IMG/VR virus record: IMGVR_UViG_3300031754_000003
Location: 5,826 to 69,825 of that record
From: a virus
Reading direction: 5' to 3' (one strand)
DNA: 64,000 nt
Under the pieces are notes generated by a model. That model had not been told where the DNA came from. It was given only the letters and a program-made list of their open reading frames with translations, and did no database searches. Position 1 is the stretch's first letter; each line of letters opens with the position of its first letter. Shown here in pieces: positions 9,332-19,389 of this stretch. A program made the position numbers and the translations under genes.

Positions 9332-10563
9332 GCGGCGCCCCTGACTTCTACAGTGCGTCGGGTACCGTCACATTTGATGAGGCGTACGTGATATTGCCGA
9401 TGGTGATCAGGATGACCTCGGCAGGCAACATCGTAGTCGGCGAAGCGTGGTACAACATGATGGCGCGGGAGATCGATCTCGCCGCCCAGACGGTTCGACG
9501 GATCGGCCCAACTGGGAACCTTGCTGAGATCCAGCCAGGGGCGGACAGCTGGGGTTGGATGGACGTGGATGATGTTGGGGCTTGCGGCCCAGTTGACGAC
9601 ATCGTCCTGTTCAAGATGGACAGCAACCCTGGCTCGGCTGCGACCGCGTGGCGATGGTCGCTCGATGGCACTTATAACGGGGTGTTCCCTGGGCAGCAGG
9701 GCCACGACTTTCCCTCTGAGGGTCAGCCAGGCGTGGGGCATTACCCCTGGGCCTTTGCCTTCTCGAAGACAGAGTTCCGCATGCTCTCGGCGGGAAAGGG
9801 GATGACCGGGTACACTGGGTGGAGGTACCTTCTCCCTACCGACCCTAACCAGGCTATAGACGACGTGCTCTGGCCCGAACGGGACTACTCCGCGCCAGTC
9901 GCATGGAATAACGGAACATTGCCGTTCTTCCCGTGGCTGCTACGCCCGTCCTTCACCGCACTCTATGGGGACACGGGACAGCACTGGCTCGGGCAGAATG
10001 TCCTACCCATCCTCGATGACATCCCCCGGCTCTACCCGACCGACGCCGAGCTGATCGCGTTCATTCAGAGTGGGTCAGGGGGCATGGTTCCGCGCCCAGA
10101 GCTGTCTATCGACGAGACGGGGGCGCCAGGGCGCGCGCTAGCCTCAGCGATGTACTTCTGTCGGCGGCAAGCCATGTCCGGCAGCTTCCCCACGCCGCAG
10201 CCCTCATTATTCACGGCCGGCGACGGTTCCGGCGCTGGGATACTGGTAACACCAGGCACCTATGCGCTCGATTGCATCCGGCCGCAGATAAGCGGCGTGA
10301 CGATTACGCGGCAGAGCAACACTAGCATCCGCGTACAGTGGACGACGGATAAGGCGACCATAGGTCTCGTGGCGGCGGGTACGTCGAATTCGGCTGGTTC
10401 CCCCTATCCGTACAATCTATGGTCTCCCTTGGAGACAGGCTTCTCGACGAGCCACGACATCACCATCACCGGGCTGCCTGACGTCACGCCAATCCACATC
10501 AATCTCGTTTCAAAAGACGCATCAGATAACTGGAACTGCATCGCCGATGTTCCGGTGATCTAG
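9328..10563 (+). CDS. hypothetical protein with C-terminal FN3-like domain
   Basis: PQISGVTIT...SIRVQWTTDK...HDITITGL...VSKDASDN FN3-like pattern. Confidence 0.55.
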   Translation: MSGAPDFYSASGTVTFDEAYVILPMVIRMTSAGNIVVGEAWYNMMAREIDLAAQTVRRIGPTGNLAEIQPGADSWGWMDVDDVGACGPVDDIVLFKMDSNPGSAATAWRWSLDGTYNGVFPGQQGHDFPSEGQPGVGHYPWAFAFSKTEFRMLSAGKGMTGYTGWRYLLPTDPNQAIDDVLWPERDYSAPVAWNNGTLPFFPWLLRPSFTALYGDTGQHWLGQNVLPILDDIPRLYPTDAELIAFIQSGSGGMVPRPELSIDETGAPGRALASAMYFCRRQAMSGSFPTPQPSLFTAGDGSGAGILVTPGTYALDCIRPQISGVTITRQSNTSIRVQWTTDKATIGLVAAGTSNSAGSPYPYNLWSPLETGFSTSHDITITGLPDVTPIHINLVSKDASDNWNCIADVPVI

Positions 10564-10568
10564 GGCTC

Positions 10569-10886
10569 ATGGCCACTGGAACTCGATACCTCGGAAACCC
10601 GTGCAAACGGGGGCACTCTGGCTGGCGCTGGCGCGCAAATGGAACTTGCTGTGATTGCGCGCGCCAGCGTGAGGCTACCGATGGCGGTCCCGTCTACTGG
10701 GCTGCGAAGCGCCGTGCCTGGCGGGATCGGCAGATTGCCCAAGACCCGGATGGGTTCCATGCCCGCGATGCGGCAAAGTCCCGCGCTTGGTGGCATACGA
10801 GCCTCCGTGCAACTGCTGTGGCAGAAAGGCGAGCCGCCAAGCTACGAGACACCTTGAATCTCGTTTACCCGGAGAGTTTGCGATGA
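10569..10886 (+). CDS. Zn-binding protein resembling the N-terminus of phage HNH endonucleases, without the nuclease domain
   Basis: YLGNPCKRGH...CCDC and RRAAKL motifs; no H-N-H motif follows. Confidence 0.5.
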   Translation: MATGTRYLGNPCKRGHSGWRWRANGTCCDCARQREATDGGPVYWAAKRRAWRDRQIAQDPDGFHARDAAKSRAWWHTSLRATAVAERRAAKLRDTLNLVYPESLR

Positions 10887-10976
10887 TGTTCCCCTGGTGG
10901 CAGGAGCGGTTGAGTGAGTGATTATCGGGCATGGGGGCAATGGAACATGCGGGCGGGGGTTCGGGGGGAGATGACA

Positions 10977-11097
10977 TCGAGGGACTGGCGCAATCGGGTC
11001 CTGCGACTGCGTTTCCTTGCCAACGCGCGTCGGCGCCTGCTGAGAGCCCTCAAAGCGCGGAGCCGGTCGCGATCAGACTGCGCCGAGTGAGCCTCAT
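10977..11097 (-). pseudogene. Tat-signal ORF interrupted by an in-frame TGA (3' extent uncertain)
   Basis: TAAATG junction, then MRLTRRSLIATGSAL*GLSAGADA|RWQG; TGA at 11050-11052. Confidence 0.5.
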
Positions 11098-13461
11098 TTA
11101 TTTCGGCAGGAGCAGCCTGCGGCGGGTGATGATACCATTCTCCTGGACGGCTTTGCTCATTCTCCATGCCGCCGCTATTGGCAGCAATGCACCGACACCA
11201 AGGAGCGGGAGATTGGGATTTGCGCTAGCTGCCGTCGTTCCATCAAATGCGCCAATGTTGTAGCCAGAGCCCACACCGGTCGGTATCGAGTTGCCATAAA
11301 AGTCTTGTGGCCCAGGGTTGATCGAAAAAGTAGATAGCAGATCAATCCCCGTTCCTATCAACGGCGAGCCGGAGAGAAGATGGTAAGCAGTCGGGGCAGG
11401 AGGAATATACCCACCAACCGCTCCGCCGCTGCCGGCGCTCGTGAGTTGCGGGTTCCCTGACAAGCCGTGAGCTTCCTGGGAAGTTCCCGTCCGGATGGCA
11501 GCAAGAGTGGAGTACTGTGTGCCTTGCCACTCAAGAAGAAACCCGCCATTAGGGCTGTAATAACAATTACCATCCAGGACCCACGCATAGCTATCAGCGA
11601 TAACATTCACACTCGTCTGGGTGTTGTAAAAAATGTTGTTATATACTGACCCACTAACTGCGCCAGACGATTGGTTTCCATAAAAACAACTAGCCCCAAA
11701 CGTGCTGTTGTATACTGTATTATTGTAGACCTCGGCGCCACTTGTCGTGCCGCCAGACCCATAAACAAAGCATCCATAACTTGGGAAGTTGCCATTCGCT
11801 CCGCAGTTCTCTGATATATTGTAGCGAATAACGGCTCCGGTGTTGTTTGCGCCGGCATAAGAAAACGCCATAAGTCCCGCGCCGACGCATTCATGCGCAT
11901 AGCAATACTCTATGGTGCAGTTAACGCAGTCACCGTCCAGGTCGAACGCATCGCCATCTGTGCCGCTATTGCTGGAAATGTTGTACGCCTCGGAAAATTG
12001 CATGATGCTGCTGGTTGCATGACCAAATTGGAACCCAGCCGGGCCACTGGCCCCGGTGTTGTTCGCTCCGCAGTCGTGAGCTAGGCACCGCGTAATCGTC
12101 GCGCCGCTTACATTGATCAGCGCAAAGCCGCCGCCGCTCCAATAACCAACGGAAGTTCCGGAAACACCGGGGCAATTACTCACCGAACAATCCGAGATCA
12201 TCGGTGATGCAAAGTTGCGCGTAGTGCTTCCTACAACACCAGTAATATAAATACCGGATGTGGCTTGGTCAGCAATGGCAGTGCCGCCGCAACAAGCCGT
12301 GACCGTACAATTCGAAATCGTTGGACCGGTGATAGCCACGCTATCGCTAGAGGACGTTACGTAGATACCGCATTGTCCGAAACCAGAAACTGTTAGCCCG
12401 CTTAGGATTATATTCGTACCTGTCCCTACGCCGCCCGTGAAGCTAGACCACACACCATTTTTCCCCGACGTATTATCACCAGTTAACGTCAGGTTTTCTA
12501 TCGTATAGCAGCTGATGTCGACCATCTCTATGCCGTGAGCACCAGACGGTGCGATCGTCGCGTTCCCGGTGCCGTAGCTGCCAATCGTCAAAATGTTCGT
12601 TGCGTTCGGCGGGTTCGAGGAATCGTAATTACTCAATCCAAAGCTCAGCCCCGCGTCCGTAAACGTTTGGCCTCCGTTAAAAAGGATTTGATCTCCTGAC
12701 CGGAACATCTGGGAATTGACATGCCCAACAGTCTGCCACGGAGTCGATGTAGAAGTGCCATTGTTACTGTCACTTCCGGTCAATGACACATAATATGTGG
12801 TATCACTGGGAGGCGGGGGAGGCCCGGCTATGCCCAACGCGAATGACCACAGAGTGCCGCCGCTCGGGCTTCCTGTAGTCGCGGAAACGGCCTGTGTGTT
12901 ACCTGACGAAGCTACCCACTCTGACAGCCAGGTGCTGCCGACATTTTGCACTTGAGTAAGCCCGGCTCCGGCGGTCACTCCGCCCGAACCAAGATCAACC
13001 GCATACCCTACAGCGAGCGCTGTATTTGACGAAATAATCGATGTCGACAGGGTCGATGCGCTGGTTGCAAAGACAGCCTGTTGACCCAAGGCCGAGACGC
13101 CCCCTGACGGAAATCCTGACCAGGCATCGATAATGACTACCGCAAAGGCTGCCGGACTACCTGCATCATAAATTGTGCCGGTTATCGTTGACGGCCCGTT
13201 GGTGATGGTTTCTGATGAGTAGAACCCCGCCCAATAATAGTTTGCAGCGGACGACGTATTGTACTGGGTGCCTACGACAGTGTAATTATTACCCTTGTCG
13301 TCCGTTACACTCAGAAGGCGGGACGCTCCTGTATTCGGCCCAACCCAGCCAACGACTCCAGTTACTACCTGTCCCGAAGCAAGGGCGGAACTAAATGTCG
13401 CAGACGGAGTATCCCCACTCTGCCCGCTGTGCGTTGTACCCTGTACCCAAGCATACGTCAT
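11098..13461 (-). CDS. right-handed parallel beta-helix (pectate-lyase-like) fibre/spike protein with C-terminal ITRRRLL tag
   Basis: TYYVSLTGSDSNNGTSTSTPWQT start of helix domain, DGDAFDLDG, IRYNISEN repeats, DFYGN...NIGAFD end; no N-terminal signal. Confidence 0.75.
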   Translation of the reverse strand: MTYAWVQGTTHSGQSGDTPSATFSSALASGQVVTGVVGWVGPNTGASRLLSVTDDKGNNYTVVGTQYNTSSAANYYWAGFYSSETITNGPSTITGTIYDAGSPAAFAVVIIDAWSGFPSGGVSALGQQAVFATSASTLSTSIISSNTALAVGYAVDLGSGGVTAGAGLTQVQNVGSTWLSEWVASSGNTQAVSATTGSPSGGTLWSFALGIAGPPPPPSDTTYYVSLTGSDSNNGTSTSTPWQTVGHVNSQMFRSGDQILFNGGQTFTDAGLSFGLSNYDSSNPPNATNILTIGSYGTGNATIAPSGAHGIEMVDISCYTIENLTLTGDNTSGKNGVWSSFTGGVGTGTNIILSGLTVSGFGQCGIYVTSSSDSVAITGPTISNCTVTACCGGTAIADQATSGIYITGVVGSTTRNFASPMISDCSVSNCPGVSGTSVGYWSGGGFALINVSGATITRCLAHDCGANNTGASGPAGFQFGHATSSIMQFSEAYNISSNSGTDGDAFDLDGDCVNCTIEYCYAHECVGAGLMAFSYAGANNTGAVIRYNISENCGANGNFPSYGCFVYGSGGTTSGAEVYNNTVYNSTFGASCFYGNQSSGAVSGSVYNNIFYNTQTSVNVIADSYAWVLDGNCYYSPNGGFLLEWQGTQYSTLAAIRTGTSQEAHGLSGNPQLTSAGSGGAVGGYIPPAPTAYHLLSGSPLIGTGIDLLSTFSINPGPQDFYGNSIPTGVGSGYNIGAFDGTTAASANPNLPLLGVGALLPIAAAWRMSKAVQENGIITRRRLLLPK

Positions 13462-16158
13462 CTAATAGAACCGGAGCAGCCTGCGGCGAGTGATCCTAGC
13501 GTTTTCCGCAACCGCTTTGCCAAATTTCCACGCGGCTGCCCCAAGTAGAGCAGGACGCCAGCCGATCATGTTCCCAACGCCCACCTTCGGAACGCCTTGA
13601 TTACCGGCAGCTCCATAGGCCCCGACAGGGAATCCAGTATTCGATCCTTTTGGAATGCTGTTCCCGTAGTAGTCATGAAGACCGGGAGTTATGCTGAACG
13701 AGGTAGAAAGGTTGATACCGGCCCCGAACATCGTTGAGCTGGATTGAAGCTTGTATGCAGAAAGAGCGCCAGGGTTGTAGCCGTTGGTCGTGCCGCCGCC
13801 GCCTGGGCTGGTGAGCGCGGGATCGGTCGAGAAACCGCCATTCGCAGTTTCCTGACCGCTATTAGTCTTCCATGTCGAGAACGTAGTGTAATTGGTCGGC
13901 CCCGTCCAATCGGCCGAGAACGTACCACTAGCATAATAATTATTCCCGTCCAGGTGTAATCCTGCCACACTAGGCGTGCCGGTGAAAGCCACCAACTTAT
14001 TGGTACCAGTCGTGTAAAAGATGTTGTTACATATACGCCCACTTACGGTATTTGATCCAGATCCACCTATACCAAGCGCTGGATTTCCGGATGCGTATAC
14101 CGTGTTATTATAGATGGCTAAACCAGTAGTAGTATTGCTATCTGCCCCCACTAGTATTTCCGGGTTCCCACTAGAAGACCTTCCGTTATTCTGACTTATA
14201 CAATACCTAAACGTGATCCCAGAATTAGGAGCATAGCTAGAAAATAATAGAAACCCGTTTCCAGCATTATTATGGCTATAGCAGTACTGCACGACACAGT
14301 TAATAGATGCCTCTACATCGTATCCGTCACCATCGACGGTAAAGGAACCGTTTTTATTAAGATAACTCTCACAAAATTGTATCACTCCTCCGCTAACCGC
14401 CGCCAGGAAGATACCGACTGGACCCGATATAGAAAATCCTGCGTTTGATCCATTATCGTGTGCAATACAATACTCAATAAGACACCCACATGAATTGCCA
14501 TTCGCATCTGTTAATGCAGTGCCAGCAACTTGTTCCGCGAGAATGCCACCACCTGTCCAATCTGAGCTATTCGCTGCATTACCCGTGTTGTTGTACACAG
14601 TGCATCCAGTTATATGGACATTCGTGTTCGCAAATGACCCCGGAAGCCCCTGGATCTTAATCCCGCAGGTTTCATTCAGCGCTGACCCGCCGGTGTTATC
14701 GTGTGATATACAGCCGCTGATAGTGACACTATCAAACCCCGACGTGGTGCTATTCAACCAAATACCATTGCCGCCAAACGCGCTGACGGTAAGATTTATC
14801 AACTGGAAGAAAGACAGCTGAGAGGCAATGCTATTTGTTATAAGTACCCCATCCGTGGTACTAGTCGCTATCCCTGGTCCGGTCACTATCAAGTTCTGCA
14901 GTACCAGACCCTGGACATTTAATGCGGAAATGCCGTGAGAAGAAGTGCTACTAATCGATATGGTAGCACTACCCGTGCCGTAGGAGCCGACCGTGAATGG
15001 ATTGACGTTGGACCATGGAGCCCCGGTTCCGGCATTCGCAGTACCGAGAGCCAGCGCGGTAGTGAAGGTCTGCCCTCCCTGCAAGGATAGGGTATCACTA
15101 CCGTTATACGTCTTGGTGAGCGCGAAGGCGAGCGTCGCCCAAGGCCCATTGGTGCCACTGGTGAATGTCGGTGAAGTCCCATTATTGCTGTCGCTACCAG
15201 CCGAGCTATCTACGTAATAATTAACGCCGCTGACGTGTACTGGCGTGTAGGCAATGCGGATGGCGCCCTGAGCGCCATTACCGCCGGCGCCGCGTGTAGT
15301 CGCTGCGCTTCCAGACCCCGCACCGCCGCCTCCATAAAGCCCACCAGCTCCACCGTCGGACCCAGTGGCGATTCCAGCCGCACCACTACTACCGCCGCCA
15401 CCCCCGGAGCCATGAGATGCATCCCATTCTGTTCCAGCCCCTCCGGCCCCTCCGGCTGAAGCAAGGCTGGTAGAGTCACCAAACCCGCCACCACCGCCGC
15501 TTCCCGCAGATCCTGGCGCGCCGGCAACGCTAGAGCTACTCGATCCCGCTCCGCCGGGGGCGCCGATTTGATTTAGGAACGAGATAGAGGCGCCGCCGTT
15601 AGCCCCAGTGTTTGTCGCGCTAGTGGCACCATTGGCACCACCTCCATTAGCCCCGCCGCCAGCGCCACCGTTCCCGGTGGTCGCACCTCCCGTTCCTCCG
15701 GGACCGCCAGGACCGGCCGCTCCACCACCACCGGGGCCAGAGGCGCCACTACCCGCAGCGCCTGCGCCGCCCGTGTAAAGTGTGTCTCCGGTATGCCCTA
15801 CCCCACCAGCTCCGGGAGTAGCCCCCACGGTGCCTCCGCCGCCGCCAGCCCATACGCTCGCGCCAGCGCCTGTAGTCCCATTGAACCAGCTATCAGTACC
15901 CGCGGTGCCATCAATACCGGTAACCCCAGCAGTGCCGCCAACTCCTGGTGAGCCGATTTGGTAAGTGGCAGTTCCACCCGGAGTAAGGGATAGATTATTT
16001 TTTTTGGCGTACCCGCCTCCCCCGCCAGAAGAGCCGCCGTTACGTCCTCCACCGCCGCCCGCGATAACCTCTATGGAGTTGTTCGAGCTATTCCAATCGA
16101 CAGGAACATTCCAAGTTTGGTTGCTCCCGGTTGGCGAAGTTAAAAATATAACGGTCAT
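13462..16158 (-). CDS. glycine-rich domain + parallel beta-helix fibre/spike protein with C-terminal ITRRRLL tag
   Basis: Start at MTVIFLTS (ATGA overlap); IEVIAGGGGG...GGNGAQGAIRIAY Gly-rich domain; beta-helix paralogous to 11098-13461. Confidence 0.75.
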   Translation of the reverse strand: MTVIFLTSPTGSNQTWNVPVDWNSSNNSIEVIAGGGGGRNGGSSGGGGGYAKKNNLSLTPGGTATYQIGSPGVGGTAGVTGIDGTAGTDSWFNGTTGAGASVWAGGGGGTVGATPGAGGVGHTGDTLYTGGAGAAGSGASGPGGGGAAGPGGPGGTGGATTGNGGAGGGANGGGANGATSATNTGANGGASISFLNQIGAPGGAGSSSSSVAGAPGSAGSGGGGGFGDSTSLASAGGAGGAGTEWDASHGSGGGGGSSGAAGIATGSDGGAGGLYGGGGAGSGSAATTRGAGGNGAQGAIRIAYTPVHVSGVNYYVDSSAGSDSNNGTSPTFTSGTNGPWATLAFALTKTYNGSDTLSLQGGQTFTTALALGTANAGTGAPWSNVNPFTVGSYGTGSATISISSTSSHGISALNVQGLVLQNLIVTGPGIATSTTDGVLITNSIASQLSFFQLINLTVSAFGGNGIWLNSTTSGFDSVTISGCISHDNTGGSALNETCGIKIQGLPGSFANTNVHITGCTVYNNTGNAANSSDWTGGGILAEQVAGTALTDANGNSCGCLIEYCIAHDNGSNAGFSISGPVGIFLAAVSGGVIQFCESYLNKNGSFTVDGDGYDVEASINCVVQYCYSHNNAGNGFLLFSSYAPNSGITFRYCISQNNGRSSSGNPEILVGADSNTTTGLAIYNNTVYASGNPALGIGGSGSNTVSGRICNNIFYTTGTNKLVAFTGTPSVAGLHLDGNNYYASGTFSADWTGPTNYTTFSTWKTNSGQETANGGFSTDPALTSPGGGGTTNGYNPGALSAYKLQSSSTMFGAGINLSTSFSITPGLHDYYGNSIPKGSNTGFPVGAYGAAGNQGVPKVGVGNMIGWRPALLGAAAWKFGKAVAENARITRRRLLRFY

Positions 16159-18029
16159 GGAGAACTCCCCAGCACACAGGTGGGCCGCCAAGCGAACAGA
16201 CCTGACACACCATCACCGGTGTAGGAAGCAACCGGCCCAGTCTCCGCTAATCCTACCGTCATGTCAGCAGATCCGGCGCCAAGATTGGCCACGCTGATTA
16301 TGGCTCGCCACCACCCGCTTCCGATATTGTTGGTGCGCTGGACTAAACCCGTAGCCGTGCCACTGGTGCCAAAGTTAGCCATGGCACCACTCGTGTCTGC
16401 AAAAGCGTAAGCGCCACCAGTCGTTCCACCAATAGATATAAGGAGAAGACGTGTCGCTCCAGTTCCTAGCGCTTTGTAATATACTGCACAGGTGTAGGTT
16501 TGGTTATTTGGTATGGGTACGCTGCCATTATCTATCTCGTGGATGCCGTTTGCCGTGTTCTCTATTAATTTAACAGCGGTCGTCCCACTGTTTGGGTCTG
16601 TCTGCCCTCCTGTTGTGGCACTGTTGGTGGCCGTCCATCCGGTAGCGAAGCTATCGCCACCAGGGACAAGATTGATCGGCGGGCCGCTCGAATACGAGTT
16701 CCCCAATACTACCTGAGTCCCACTCACGGTGTACGGGTAGTATGTCGTAGCACCCGCTGCCGTGTCGGGCGCGGCTGCTCCGGATGATACCGTGTAGCCC
16801 GTACCCCAAGTGATTGTTCCACCGCCGCCCGCGGTGCCCTGCTGAACCTCCATGAAGCCATGCTGCCCGTCGTGCGCATATACCGGATTGGTGATCGTGC
16901 AGGGGACGCATGAAGCCGATAGCACAAAGATATGGTTTGGCGAAAACTGAAAATCTGGCGCATTTGAAGCAACTGTGGCTCCAGGCAGATCGCTGATGGC
17001 TTGTAGGTAATGCGTCTTTTGTGGCCGCTGCCAATCGAGGGACGCCTCTGTCGTCGCATTATCGTAAGCGGCCGTGGCGCTATCTGCCGGAAAACCCTGA
17101 TAATCAAGAATGCAATTACTGCAAGAGATCGAGCCGCCACCGCCGTTTGTGTTATCATATGTAGTGTTATAAAGGACCGAAACGTCTCGGATAATCACAT
17201 TGGACATACTGACGTTGTTGGTATTCCAAACTATGGCCGGACTCAAAGATACTGGGCCAGAGCACCTGGCGCTAAAGATAATCTGGTTACTACCAGACAC
17301 ATGTATACATATAATCTGACTGTTGTTTAAAGCAGTCATTATGTCATCAGTGCCGTCCGCAAAGTAATTAGAGTTATTATCTTCGGCGCGCGTATTGGTG
17401 AACTGGTTGTTGGTGCAACCAATATCACAATCTATTCCTTGAGGTACCGCTGGCGATTCATAATCGGCGATTTGATTGAACCTGCAGTTCACGCCGCAAT
17501 ACACCCCAGGCAAAGATCCCTCTAAGGCAAAGTTTGTTAGATTGATAAATCTGTTGTTCTGTGAACAGCACGACGCAGGATGGATGTTGACTGTCGTGGC
17601 GCAGCCAAAGTTCAGGTCCAGGAATAAGTTGCCGCTCGCCGGGTGGGTCGTCAGATCTAAACAGACGGTAGAGCTACCGCCGAAAATAGAAAACCCCCGC
17701 AAGACATTGCTATTTCCCAGAATAAAGCACGATGCGCCGGAGCAACTAACCGACGTATTCTGCGTGCCGCTAGAGCTGTCCCAGCCCGTTCCCACTTGGC
17801 TGCCAAGGATCGCACACCCCGGGTATGGGCTCAGATCAATTGCAGATCCCCCCGCGGCAAACCCACCAGGTAGAATGAAAATGGCCTTGCCGGTGGCGCA
17901 CGACGGTAGTGCCGCATTCATCGCCGCCATGTCCGTGGTCGAATTGCCTGTCGGCGTGATGTATTGATAAGGATCTGTCGCATAGGCAGCCGGTGCGAGC
18001 AGCAAGAGGCACACACAAAGGAACTTCAC
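16155..18029 (-). CDS. signal-peptide-bearing beta-helix protein with tail-fibre-like and head-spike/CBM-like C-terminal domains
   Basis: GTG start with GGGGA RBS: MKFLCVCLLLLAPAAYA|TDP; Cys-rich; paralog of the next two large genes. Confidence 0.7.
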   Translation of the reverse strand: MKFLCVCLLLLAPAAYATDPYQYITPTGNSTTDMAAMNAALPSCATGKAIFILPGGFAAGGSAIDLSPYPGCAILGSQVGTGWDSSSGTQNTSVSCSGASCFILGNSNVLRGFSIFGGSSTVCLDLTTHPASGNLFLDLNFGCATTVNIHPASCCSQNNRFINLTNFALEGSLPGVYCGVNCRFNQIADYESPAVPQGIDCDIGCTNNQFTNTRAEDNNSNYFADGTDDIMTALNNSQIICIHVSGSNQIIFSARCSGPVSLSPAIVWNTNNVSMSNVIIRDVSVLYNTTYDNTNGGGGSISCSNCILDYQGFPADSATAAYDNATTEASLDWQRPQKTHYLQAISDLPGATVASNAPDFQFSPNHIFVLSASCVPCTITNPVYAHDGQHGFMEVQQGTAGGGGTITWGTGYTVSSGAAAPDTAAGATTYYPYTVSGTQVVLGNSYSSGPPINLVPGGDSFATGWTATNSATTGGQTDPNSGTTAVKLIENTANGIHEIDNGSVPIPNNQTYTCAVYYKALGTGATRLLLISIGGTTGGAYAFADTSGAMANFGTSGTATGLVQRTNNIGSGWWRAIISVANLGAGSADMTVGLAETGPVASYTGDGVSGLFAWRPTCVLGSSP

Positions 18030-18039
18030 AGCCGTTCCC

Positions 18040-19389
18040 CTAATTATGAAATGACGGGCCGAGAACGATCGCATTTAAATCGGTCCTCACCACCCAGGGG
18101 AACCAGGTAGTCTTGTTAGCAGTTGACAGCGGCTGCGCGGTGTTCTGGTAAAAAGTGCCCCATGTAACCGTTCGGCCACCAGTCGAGTCCTGCGTGAACG
18201 CAAAGTATCCTCCCGTTCCATCCGCGAGGATGGTTGGGAATGGTAATGTACAGGGGCATGCAGATGTGAGCGCGAAAGTTTTGTTATAACCATTTTGGAA
18301 ATCTGGTACAGCGAATGCTGATCCAGTTAATGTTATTGGTGCATACCCAACCGGATGCGTATATCTTACATAGTCCATGTCCGCTTCAGCCTGGGTGTTG
18401 TTGTAGAGCGGGTCCGTCCCGTTCCATGTGATATCAAGGTTACAATTCGACGAACACCCACCAGAACCGGTCTCCGCTATGATACCTGATCCGCTCCCGT
18501 TGTAGCCCCCGGAACACACGATACCGACCATTTGCACCAGATTCGTGCTTCCAGGAAAATCTACACAGTATTCGTTGGTTCCCCCATCACCGGCACAACG
18601 TATTCCACCGAAATCATACGCCCCAATTTTGATACAGGTTCCCCCATCAACAGACACGTCAGTGACCGGCCCCCCCGAGCCACCTGACATATCAAGCCCA
18701 ATGGCGCCATGAGGAACACCGGTGACTGTTATTCTATTCCACGCATTAGAAAAGCCGCCGCCGTAAATACCGGCCGTAGTAGGCGAGATAACCGTCAAGT
18801 CCGAAAAGTACGCGTCCGTGGCATTGTCGTGGGTATACATCCCGTATCCATTATTGAGAAACGTTACGTCCACGACCCGCATATTTTGCGCGCAGCAACC
18901 TGATGGATTGCCGTAGTTAATCCCTGCTCCGCAATTGCGGAAGATCATATGAGTTATCACCACGCCGCCAGTTGAACTCTCCTCGTCGGCGCAATTAGTA
19001 TTACTAAGTGGTGTACTTCCATTTCCGATGATCGTAAACCCAGTGATCACAGCGCTGGTGTTTAAGCCAAAACACGGCACAGTATTGGCCAACCCTGAGC
19101 AGTCTACGACTGTGTTCTGCGTTCCAGCTGAGCTTGCCGTGGGACTTCCTGTAACTGGCCCAGATACCGTGCATCCGGCGGGCATATTGATAGTGAGCAC
19201 GATCTTGAATGTGCCCTCTCCTAGAAACACGGTCTTTGGGGAGGCGCAGCTGGCAACGGCAGTGATCAGGTTGATCGTATCAGTGGCCGGCACGCCGGTC
19301 GGCACGATGACATTATAGGGCTCTGTCGCTCTTGCCGGGACGACCGACAGCGCTATCCACATAAGGCTAATTATGAAACGACGGACCAA
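18040..19389 (-). CDS. signal-peptide-bearing Cys-rich beta-helix / tail-fibre-like protein
   Basis: TTG start with GGGAG RBS: MVRRFIISLMWIALSVVPARA|TEP; ends LGPSFHN like its paralog. Confidence 0.7.
   Translation of the reverse strand: MVRRFIISLMWIALSVVPARATEPYNVIVPTGVPATDTINLITAVASCASPKTVFLGEGTFKIVLTINMPAGCTVSGPVTGSPTASSAGTQNTVVDCSGLANTVPCFGLNTSAVITGFTIIGNGSTPLSNTNCADEESSTGGVVITHMIFRNCGAGINYGNPSGCCAQNMRVVDVTFLNNGYGMYTHDNATDAYFSDLTVISPTTAGIYGGGFSNAWNRITVTGVPHGAIGLDMSGGSGGPVTDVSVDGGTCIKIGAYDFGGIRCAGDGGTNEYCVDFPGSTNLVQMVGIVCSGGYNGSGSGIIAETGSGGCSSNCNLDITWNGTDPLYNNTQAEADMDYVRYTHPVGYAPITLTGSAFAVPDFQNGYNKTFALTSACPCTLPFPTILADGTGGYFAFTQDSTGGRTVTWGTFYQNTAQPLSTANKTTWFPWVVRTDLNAIVLGPSFHN

Noticed and set aside
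11050-11052. Genome-wide TGA recoding
   Set aside because: Many well-supported genes end in TGA with ATGA overlaps and long genes are uninterrupted; a single in-frame TGA is better explained as a mutation or error
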